Source: Octopus vulgaris (taxonomy: Eukaryota). From it: DNA of 64,000 nucleotides. This document shows positions 52,801 to 64,000 of this stretch, piece by piece (within the stretch, counting starts at the first letter, position 1; each line of letters opens with the position of its first letter). The stretch lies in the NCBI GenBank assembly GCA_951406725.2, contig OX597833.1:53878001-53942000 (forward strand). Reading direction: 5' to 3'. A program made the position numbers and the translations under genes. The notes under the pieces are model-generated. The model was not told the origin of the DNA. It searched no databases and saw only the letters and a program-made list of their open reading frames with translations.

Positions 52801-52928
52801 GGAGTATGACTGATAAGCTTTTCATAATGTTTTCTCAATCAAAGTTGTAACAGAAATGATTTAAAAATTTCAATGTGTATAGAACCAGTTATATATATAT
52901 ATATATTAACAATACATAACGACCTACA

Positions 52929-53253
52929 ACTGTGACTTGGGCATATAGAGTTCCATGCCAAAGAACTTAACTCTAAGTCCTTTGTCTGCTAGGATCAAGA
53001 TAGGACCACTGATGTGCTGATGACACTTCTGAGGCAGAAACGTGTCCGCAGTTGTCCTCTGGTTACTAGACTGTCTTTCAGTAAGAGTATTTTTAATTCC
53101 AGGATTCTTGAGATTTATCTCCCCTGCCAATTCAGAGGTGGTCCCAGTCGTCACTAGGCAGTTGTTTTGCCTTCTCTAGGTTTCTCACACCAGAAGAGAT
53201 ACGTTGCTGACTCTCAAATATATAAGAGTGGGTAGGAGTAATCTGGAGTGAAA
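52929..53253 (-). other. Candidate internal exon (likely 5' UTR or non-coding)
   Basis: Unique balanced-composition sequence with a strong pyrimidine tract and acceptor (TCTTTATCTCTCTCTCCTCAG) and a possible donor GTAGGT; all three frames from the acceptor hit stops. Confidence 0.3.
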
Positions 53254-54641
53254 CTGAGGAGAGAGAGATAAAGACGGTGATGAGGTGTCAAGATGATTAT
53301 ACAAATGTATTTGTGTGTATGTGTGTATAAATATATATATATATATATATATATGCATACTCACACATAGTTTAAGCTAGTTCAGTGGCCTGTTACAGAG
53401 CAAAATGGCCACTAGACCAGCTTAAATCAACTAACTAGGTCTATGTAGTTATAAATATAAATGGATATACACATATATATACATATACAAACATATATTT
53501 ACACATACATACAAACATATACGCACGCACACACACATCCAAGTGTCTCTGTATGTGTATCAAACTGTCTCTTCCGAACTTAATGAAATTGTGGGTGGCA
53601 AAAACTCAATGAGGCGATAACTGGAAGTTTTTGATGGCCTTTTTACACGAATAAACAACAAACTTTGGCGGCTGCTGCTTGCCTAGTTTGAAAGACAAGG
53701 AAGGAAGGAAGGAAGGAAGGAAGGAAGGAAAGAGAGAGAGAGAGAGAGAAAGAAAAAGAAAAATCTTTGCCTTTAACACTTTCCTTCCTTCCTTATAAAA
53801 TCAAATGTCTTTTCTAACCGCCACCAAACAACCACCTCCAACCCGCCCAGCACTAAACTGGTCAGACTTTTAGAGATAAAGAGTTGCCGTGAAGTACCTA
53901 TTAAAAAGCGTAATTAATGGCAAGACAGATACAATGCTGGAAGACAGAAACAAGAGAAAGAGACGAATAAATAGTACAGAACTCTTTCATATTGATTTCT
54001 CTTGGCAAAGACAGAAAACCTCAGATTTACAACAAAAAAAAAAAAAGGAATTCATGTCTTGTTTTTATCAGATTTTTGTTTTCTTTTCGGGGGTTTTTTT
54101 TGCAAAGGCATTTACTTGTATTCTGTGTTGAATCTGGATCTTGCTTAAATTCCTTCCAACCTTACTTGAAGTATTTTAAAATTTTCACAAGATTTTTACA
54201 CGTGATTTTTAAACTAATGGAAATTTCAAATTTCCACATTGATGTAACTTCTTTTATTATCAACTTCTGTGAGGAGGAATAAATAAATAAATAAATAAAT
54301 GCAATTTTCGTCCTCAGCTCGTAAAATTACATTTCTCTCTTTTAATAAAAAATAATCTGGCACAAAAAAAAAAAAAAAAAAAATGACATACCAAAAGTGG
54401 TTGGAAGAAATTTTTACATCTTTGAATCTTAGTACCATTTTTTTTTTTACCCCCTTCACAGTTTGAGTTTTATGTACTAAGTGGTGAACCTAACCTCAGC
54501 TTTTATTTTTCTACGGTAATTAGTGACGCAACTGGAGTAAGTGCACACGGAAGTTTCTCTCCAGAATGGAAAAACTGGGCCGCGGATTCGATTCGTTGAA
54601 AAACTTATCTGCTCACACATTATGTCGTTTGTCAAGTCAAT

Positions 54642-54703
<62 letters not shown>

Positions 54704-54783
54704 TTAAGGGTAGAAATTGATATTAGTCAATTAAAACCAGTGGTCTAGCATATTAAAAAAAAGAATCCAAAGATTAAAATATT

Positions 54784-54950
54784 TATATATACCAATTAAG
54801 GACTGAACACGAAAAGTGGACAGTCAACATGCTAGATATAGACGTCAAATCGCCATTCTCCACTTGAGAACATAATCTTTGTGGAGAATGGCGATTTGAC
54901 GTCTATATCTAGCATGTTGACTGTCCACTTTTCGTGTTCAGTCCTTAATT

Positions 54951-54960
<10 letters not shown>
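54784..54960. repeat. Perfect inverted repeat, 80-bp arms with 17-nt spacer, in a (TA)n-embedded element (54700-54953)
   Basis: 54784-54863 is the exact reverse complement of 54881-54960. Confidence 0.92.
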
Positions 54961-54991
<31 letters not shown>

Positions 54992-55862
54992 TGGCTTTCT
55001 TTCTCCCCACCCTTCTGAAATACTGAAAAGCAACACTTCACTAGAAATTCCCTCACCAACAACAATAACTAGGGTGGAAACATGTACACACACACAGACA
55101 CACACACACACAAAGGCGGTTTAGAGAAATGACATTTTCGAAGCTGACACATTTTTCTTAATTACAAACACGAGCCAACAGATTTAATTTGTTTTGCTTA
55201 TTTTTTAGGGGGAAATAAATAAGTAACTAAATAAATAGATCGTACATATATGTTTATATATATGCATATATTTTATTAACATATAGATAAATAAATACGC
55301 GTGTGTAACACTTGGAATTTTTCTTTCCAATTTAAAATCGAAACCAATTTTTTTTTTTCTTTTTGGAGGGAGTTACGGGGTGGGGGTAAAAAAAAGTCTG
55401 AAGTTGAGAAGTATAAACCATTTTGGGGGAAAGTACAATCAAATCACACAACTTTATAGTTTTCCACTAAGCAAAAAAAAAAATACACGACCTTGTGTTT
55501 AGTTAAAAAAAAAAGAAAGAAAGAAAAAGCAATTAAGAGAGAGAGAGGGAGAGAGAAAGAAAGAAAGAGAGGAACAGTGTCTTTTTATCTCCGGGATGGC
55601 CATAATTATGGGTTGCTGTTTAGCCCCAGGTCAACACTGATTAAAAAGTGGACCGACGATCAAAAGCAGTTCCGAACTCAATTCGGTTATTCTATTCAGA
55701 TCGTGTGAACCCAGGATTACATCATCCTACGTATCCATTATTGTTAAGACAGTCGGGTGTGATTTGAAGCCAAGTTGACTGCTCTCTCTCTCCGTGTAGA
55801 TTTTACTTCAGCATCGAGCTAGTTAGTTTATTGCTATCGCTTAGTCCTAAAGTCAACCTTGA

Positions 55863-56347
55863 TTGCAACTGCTCCAGTCGTGACCATCCTGTCACTTCTA
55901 CAAGGGCCCCTATATTTTTCCCACTGTATCTATCCTTTAAACAAAAAAAATCAGTTACGTGTGTGTGATGGACGATCGCACTGAGTACCCAGAGCTGGAG
56001 TTCTTAGTTATTATTATACACTGAGGTTGATTCCCATTAGATTATATATACATTATCTATCCTTTAAACAAAAAAAATCAGTTACGTGTGTGTGATGGAC
56101 GATCGCACTGAGTACCCAGAGCTGGAGTTCTTAGTTATTATTATACACCGAGGTTGCAACTGCTCCAGTCGTGAGCATCCTGTCACTAACTACAAGGGCC
56201 CCTATATTTTTCCCACTGTATCTATCCTTTAAACAAAAAATCAGTTACGTGTGTGTGATGGACGATCGCACTGAGTACCCAGAGCTGGAGCACCACCTAG
56301 TTATTATTATACACTGAGGTTGATTCCCATTAGATTATATATACATT
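55863..56347. repeat. Complex local tandem duplication (A-B-C-B-A-B-C)
   Basis: TATCTATCCTTTAAAC...GAGCTGGAG present three times; two flanking blocks present twice. Confidence 0.9.
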
Positions 56348-57771
56348 CACCATCACAAAACCCTGGGAAAAGGGGCGGCCTTGAGAGCCTTATTAAAAAG
56401 AAAATGATTTCAGAACAAGACAACTTACATAATAATAATAATCCTCTCATCCAACTGTAGCTAATTCCGTTTCACTTAAAGTCTCTGAGTAATTCTTGCA
56501 ATAAGAATAAATAAATAGACACGAACAATCGCGCAATTTTATATTTCTATAGTAAAAACCTAAGTCCTTTGTATTATATATATAAGAAAAGTTTTATTTT
56601 TGCAGAAAAGGATTACCAGAGAAATATAAACAGGTGGTGGTGGGGAAACACGTTTTCTATTGAAAAAAAAATCACAGCTTTTTAAAGGAAAGTATTTTCC
56701 CTGTGGAAGAAAGAACACTGCTTTCACCCACAACACCCTGAATGCGTAAGCGATTTTTCTAATGGCAGCAAGCAGTAAACACTGAGAAAAATATATAGAT
56801 GAACAAAATAAACAGACCACCCGTAACATACCCTTACATATATACGAGTCACTGATGGCTTCTAGAAACTATTTTTTTCCCCGTTCGGTTTTCAGACACT
56901 AACCATATTTTAAGCAGTTTTATGTAAGACGGATACGCACATATTGCATTCGAATCTTAATGAGGTCGATGTTATTATCTGCAGGGTTTTGTTGATAAAA
57001 TAAATAGTAATCAAGCACTGTGGTTAATATATCATCATCTGTTGCTATCTCCTGTCGATATTTGAAACAAGCGAACCTATTATTACATGGGCGTTCGTTT
57101 CCATACTAGAAATAGCAGCCAAATCTCTCTTTAAATTACATTTTGCTTTGGCGGAAAAAAAAAAGTGAGGTGCAAAAGTTACAACGGACAGGCATCCCTT
57201 AAGTACTTTTTAAAAGCTCAGGACGATGCTTGTTGGATCGTCCCTGGTCACAGATCAGCTCGATCAGGGGTTGACCTGGGGTTTATAAAAACCACAGCAA
57301 CAACGAATACTTCTTTTTTAAACATCTATACAAACACACGTACACACACAGACTTAGTTCCGTTTTTGATTTTTCACTGGAAACAAGATTTTGTTTTTTG
57401 GGGGGTAAAAAACAAAAAAAAAAAATAATTCTAACTGCTTGGTGGTTCGTTCAGACAAGCCTCACCTCTTCTCTTTCACCCTCGTACACACAATTTGAAC
57501 ATATATACACCTACACACAAAATTCCTCTATCTTACTTCAACTTCATACATCGAATTTTAAACGTAAATAACTCGACAATACAACTGGGGAAACTGACCA
57601 GGAAAAAAAAATATATAGCCATACAACAACACACATCTGTATGTATGTAAACACACAAATACACAAACTTGTATATATATACACACATGTAGACATATAT
57701 AAATATACCTATATAAGTACATATATGTATAGACATAAACACATACATACTCATGCATATATGTGTGTATA

Positions 57772-57809
<38 letters not shown>

Positions 57810-58120
57810 CATATACAGATATATTATAAATGCATCTTTTTTGCCAATTAAATATACATATACACACACGTAAACATATATATATATATATACCTATATA
57901 AATACATATATATACACATGCATATATATGTGTATACATGTGTGTATATAATTATATATATATATATACACACCATACATATACAGATATATTATAAATG
58001 CATCTTTTTTGCCAATTATATATATAGTCTATTTCTCCTGGTTGTTCTATATATATATATATGTATATATATATGTACTATATATATGTATATATACTCG
58101 TCTATTTCTTCTGGTTGTTC

Positions 58121-58187
<67 letters not shown>

Positions 58188-58420
58188 CACACGCATACCC
58201 AGGGTATGCGTGATAATGAAGGGTAGGGGAATACAGATGTGGTGTTGTAACTATTCAACACCATCATCACCCCTAAGTCAGATTGAACTACGAAGTGCTT
58301 ACTTGCTTATATTATTTATCCATCATCATTATTACCATTATTATTATTATTATTATTATTTGTAGGCCATATACATAGATACGCAGTTTAATTCTCAACA
58401 GTTAGTTGCTTACTGTCTGA

Positions 58421-58457
<37 letters not shown>

Positions 58458-59571
58458 AATGCAAAAGAAGGTGATTGGCCATCATCTCAAATAAACAGTG
58501 CTTGCTTGTGAGTGAGCTTCCTTTTACGTGGCCGTTCGGCCTGCTAGAAACAACAACCAAAACTCCTCTGTCAGATCATATCCTATCGCCTTAAAAAAAA
58601 AAGATTTTTTTTTAAAAATAAATAAATAAAAAAAAAGAAAGGGGTACACAATGCAATGATCTAATAATCACTGATCCATAAGGTGTCTTGCGCTCGATCG
58701 AACTTGACCCCGATGCTAAAAAAACGACAACAAAAACAGATTTAGACCACAAGGAAGGCAGAAAGGAAGGAAGGAAGACAGAGTATTCCAGCCTTACAAA
58801 AACACACACTTATTTATCTATATATATACCCTGCACGAGTTTGTACGTGAATGGATACGTATTTCTGAGAAAAATCCAGAGTGTTACAGACTAAGAACTA
58901 CAAGCCATTCGCAAAATGTATTTATACACAAGTTGGAATCGGGTGGTCGCTGACATTACATAACTACACTGGATATATGAAACATAAAAGCGTGTGTGTG
59001 TATATTATGTACATAGGTGATCTATTACTGTTTTTTAGCCCCAGGTCAAACCTGATCGAACTGACCTTTTACGATCAAAGGCATTCCAGCAGTGTCCATA
59101 CAGTCTTGTCAGAGAACCCAGGACTATATTTATTATATCCAATGTGTCCGCTTTTCTCTTTTTTTTTACAAGACGGGTAGGATGTATGATTTCAGAGATA
59201 GGCAGGGGGGTTTAGCTTGCTCTTTCTAGAATATCGAGCGAGCATGTAGGGGGCTCGTAGACACTGATATGTTCATATCTAATGTGTTGTGTGTGGAAAA
59301 ATTAAACTCTTTTTAAAAATATTTATGACCAATGCTTTGCACGAAAGATTTTTGAGCTTCAGAAACAACGAACCATTCTACATTAGTGCGTTATATTGCA
59401 AGTGTTGTGAACATTATATATATATGTGTGTACACACACAACATTAGTGTATATATATATATATATATATATTATACACACATGTACAAATACACCAACT
59501 GAAATTAGTATCTATAGACATTTGTTAATTGGGTTATCTAAAACAGTACACATTCTCTTTCTCTCCCTCAC

Positions 59572-59596
59572 CACACACACACACATATATATATAT

Positions 59597-59629
<33 letters not shown>

Positions 59630-59784
59630 CATACATATATATATACATACACACACACACATATATATATACATACACACACACACATATATATACATAC
59701 ACACACACACACATATATATACATACACACACACACACACATATATATATATACACACACACACATACACACACACACATATAT

Positions 59785-59815
<31 letters not shown>

Positions 59816-60197
59816 CATACACACACATATATATATATATACATACACACACACACATATATATATATATACATACATACACACACACATATATATATAT
59901 ACATACACACACATATATATATATACATACACACATATATATATATATACATACACACATATATATATATATACATACACACATATATATATACATACAC
60001 ACATATATATATATATACATACACACATATATATATATATATATACATACACACATATATATATACATACACACACACACACACATATATATATATACAT
60101 ACACACATATATATATACATACACACACACATATATATACATACACATACACACATATACATATATATATATATATGCATACACAAACATACATACA
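59572..60197. repeat. (CA)n(TA)n compound microsatellite
   Basis: Direct inspection. Confidence 0.95.
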
Positions 60198-60943
60198 CTC
60201 CAGAGAAGAACCATTTTTATTGCAATATAAGAAAACCAAAAGAAAAAAAAAAGTATGTCACAAATGCGTTAATATTATTAACGAATACACATGGATGGAT
60301 GGCTTTTCCTTCCTTCCTTGCTTCATTTCCCTTATCTTTTTCCAGACAGACCAAAAGTGGTTTATACACCTCAAGGTAGACACAAAAATACAAAAACCCT
60401 CCAACTTATCAACAATGCAATTTCACTTCAGAAGCTACTTACTTTTCTGCTATCAGAAAAGCTAATCATTCATACACACACAACAGAGACAGACAGCTGT
60501 ACATGTATACTTTATAATAACCGTATATATATATATATATATATTCACAGATGTGTTTCATAGATAGACAAGAAGACATTTAGACAGTTGTCTCCATAAC
60601 CACACACACTGACTTGAGGCACAAACATCACTTTATACATACATACATACATACACATATATATATACATAGTGGTATATTTATTTAAGTAGATCTGTAC
60701 AAATAATGCAGGGTTATTTCTTGATCATACATCATACACATATATATATATATATAATATATACACGCACACATATGTATATGTTTATATACATACATAT
60801 ATATACATACTCAGTTATGCATTCTTAGCCTCATATGACTATATATACAAAGCAGGTATATTTATTTAGGTAGAAATCTTTATAAATAATGCAGCTTTAT
60901 TTCTAGATCACACATTAAACATAATATATATACACACACAGCT

Positions 60944-61249
60944 GTATGTTACATATATACATGTGTTATATATATGTGTGTTATATATATATATATATAT
61001 GTGTGTTATATATATATATATGTTATATATATATGTGTGTTATATATATGTTATATATATATGTGTGTATATATATATATATGTTATATATATATATATG
61101 TTATATATATATATGTTATATATATATATGTGTTATATATATATATGTGTTATATATGTGTGTGTTATATATATATATGTGTTATATATATATATATATA
61201 TATGTGTTATATATATATATATATATGTGTTATATATATATATGTGTGT

Positions 61250-61305
<56 letters not shown>

Positions 61306-61313
61306 TATATGTG

Positions 61314-61354
<41 letters not shown>

Positions 61355-61470
61355 ATATATATGTTATATATATATATATATTATATATATATATATGTTA
61401 TATATATATGTGTTATATATATATATATGTGTTATATATATGTTATACATATATATGTGTCTGTATATAT
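60944..61470. repeat. TGTTA(TA)n compound microsatellite
   Basis: Direct inspection. Confidence 0.95.
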
Positions 61471-61783
61471 AGGCTTAGTTACGTATTCCGTTTCTCATAT
61501 GACTGACTTGTTTCTTGTGGTTGGATGAGCTTTGGGGGAAAGAGGAAAAATCTAAGGCGAAGACATTTAATTTTTAATGCACGTATTTATTACAGACTAG
61601 TTTTAGTTGTGTGTGTGTTTAATGTTGGTGTTGTAGAAGTTGAAGTATGATTGTAATGAGAGTGAGGGGGGGGTGTTGTAGATAGTAGGCCGATCAAAAT
61701 GACGGAGATGGCACCATAACGTGGATGGCTATGTATGGCAGTGTGTGAAGAGAGAGAGAGTGAGTGAGTGAGTGATCGACTGA

Positions 61784-61820
61784 GTGTGTGTGCCTGTGTG
61801 TGTGTGTGTGTGTATGTATT

Positions 61821-61856
<36 letters not shown>

Positions 61857-62200
61857 GTTATGTATGTATTTATATATGTGTGTGAGTGTGTGTGCTTGTG
61901 TATCTATGTATGTATGTGTACATATATATATCTGTGTGTGTGTGGCTATGTATGTATTTATATGTGTGTTTGTGTGTGTGGTTATGTATGTATTTATGTG
62001 TGTGTGTTTGTGGTTATGTATGTATTTATGTGTGTGTGTTTGTGGCTATGTATGTATTTATATATGTGTGTGTGTGGTTATGTATTTATATATGTGTGTG
62101 TGTGGTTATGTATTTATATATGTGTGTGTGTGGTTATGTATTTATATATGTGTGTGTGTGGCTATGTATGTATTTATATATATGTGTGTGTATGAGTGTG
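61784..62200. repeat. (TG)n-GGTTATGTATTTA minisatellite
   Basis: Direct inspection. Confidence 0.9.
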
Positions 62201-62252
62201 ATTTAACGAGCAATCTTCGAGAAAAACATGGGCATTGTAATATATAATATAT

Positions 62253-62285
<33 letters not shown>

Positions 62286-62889
62286 CACAAATATATATAT
62301 ATTATATACATAGTCTTCTCCACAGACGATCCTTCTTTCGCTAAAGAAACCAACAACGATATATAAAGAAAAATAAGAGAACAGACATATATACATATAT
62401 AAATATAAATATACCTATATATACATATACATACATACATATATATGTATATATATATATATATATATAGATGCACAGATCTACACGAAGACAACATATA
62501 TATACATCGATGGGTAGACGGAAAAAATAATATTTAAAAGACTACAAACCTGTACTGCATTGTAAAAAATAGCCCATCCTGGTCGGGCCTGATGGTCCGA
62601 AATACTCCTCATGAGCCATGCTATGGATATATTTATTTATATGTGTGTATATATGCGATTTCGGTGTATGTGTATTTTAGATATATTTTTTTTTTGTATG
62701 TGTTTTGCTCCTGTTTTCTTTTTTTTTTCTTTCCTTTTTTAAAGGTTCCCCCCTTAAGGTTCCCCCTTTTTTTTTTAAAAATTGGTTTTTCCTTCAGGAG
62801 ATTCGAATTTTTTTTCTCTTCTTCTCTTCTCCTCCTTTTAGTGTTTGGTAAGGTATGGTTCGCAGTTTTAGGTTTCCTCCAGACTTGAG

Positions 62890-62925
<36 letters not shown>

Positions 62926-63736
62926 GGGGACGATTTTTCAGGTTGAAGTTGAGGTTGAAATCCTTTTTTTTTCTTTGTAACCTTTTGTGGTGGGGGAGGT
63001 TTTTTTTTTGTTTTTTGTTGTTAAAGGGGACACACACAAAAAAAAAAAAGCACAGACAGAAATGGATAGAAAGAGAGAGAGAGAGATCAAGAAATTTGTT
63101 AAAAATAAATGGCCATAATCGTTATCTTGTTATGAGACTGCCATAGATCGGGAGAGAAGAGAAGACAAAAGTGAAGGATACGAACGAACTTCACAGATAT
63201 ATATATATATATATGTGTGTGTAGTGTGTGTATAGATGAGCTATATAATAAATGTGTGTACGTGATATATATACTATTGTGCATACATCATATATAGACA
63301 GATAGATAGATAGATAGATGGGTAGGTAAGATATGTGTAGTGTGGTGTGGTGTATATATATATGTATATATATGTCTATGTCTATGTCAGTATACAGTCC
63401 GTTCCTTGTAGATGAGATACATAGATTTCTTTTTTTTTCCTCTGGTGACTTTAAGCATTATAACAACCATTGTACTCTCAATACTCAGAATATGCAGTGG
63501 CCACCAGATAGTAATAGAGTCGAAGAAGGAGGAAAAAAAATAGTAGTGATAGTAATAATAATAATAATGATTATGATGATGATGATGGTGGTGGTGGTGG
63601 TTAAAAGAACTGAAAAGGATCGGTATAAGAGTCGACTGTATATGTATTTTTTTTCTTCTTTTTTTTTGAAACCAAACTGAGTGGGAGATTTAGGTGTCAG
63701 TTGGTTAGAGTTACTGTGGCTTTTTACAATGCACCC

Positions 63737-64000
63737 CCTCTCTCTGTCTCTGTATGTCTCTGTATGTATCTTTCTCTTCCTCTCTCTGTCTCTGTATGTC
63801 TCTGTATGTATCTTTCTCTTCCTCTCTCTGTCTCTGTATGTCTCTGTATATTTCTCTCTTCCTCTCTCTGTCTCTGTATATTTCACTCTTCCTCTCTCTG
63901 TCTCTGTATGTCTGTGTATATTTCACTCTTCCTCAGTCTGTCTCTGTATATTTCACTCTTCCTCTCTCTGTCTCTGTATAAATCTCTCTCTTCCTCTCTC
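63737..64000. repeat. 30-42 bp CT-rich minisatellite
   Basis: CCTCTCTCTGTCTCTGTAT...CTCTT units repeated. Confidence 0.9.

Noticed and set aside
52924-53154. 76-aa ORF as a protein-coding gene
   Set aside because: Non-ATG start, upstream in-frame stop and no recognisable domain; kept only as a possible UTR exon.
53371-53426. Imperfect hairpin TTTAAGCT...AGCTTAAA
   Set aside because: Several mismatches, single copy and no TSD; cannot be classified.
57700-58125. Local duplications within TA-rich DNA (also 39130-39410 and 60670-60930)
   Set aside because: Ordinary slippage or unequal exchange in microsatellite arrays.

Overview
Non-coding, very repeat-dense, AT-rich animal DNA. The SINE sequences match what I recall from octopus (Octopus sp.) genomes; this is recognition, not a database result. 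No intact multi-exon gene is visible. Almost all ORFs in the supplied track are translations of (TA)n/(CA)n microsatellites or SINEs. The window holds four recurring retroposon families (A-D; A, B and C have tRNA-like heads), decayed LINE 3' ends (RTE-type, CR1-like), Penelope-like remnants inside (TA)n tracts, two non-autonomous Helitrons, two hAT-type MITEs and a mariner deletion derivative. The most distinctive signal is a set of three different MITE families with GG...CC termini and about 8-9 bp target-site duplications (Merlin-like). All three carry short telomeric (TTAGGG/CCCTAA) repeats, two share an internal module, and one copy is only 43 bp. Other signals are SINE head/body/tail shuffling, perfect fold-back hairpins at (TA)n edges, hammerhead-like motifs, apparent CpG-depleted versus CpG-rich domains, and one candidate signal-peptide exon on the minus strand (23099-22965).
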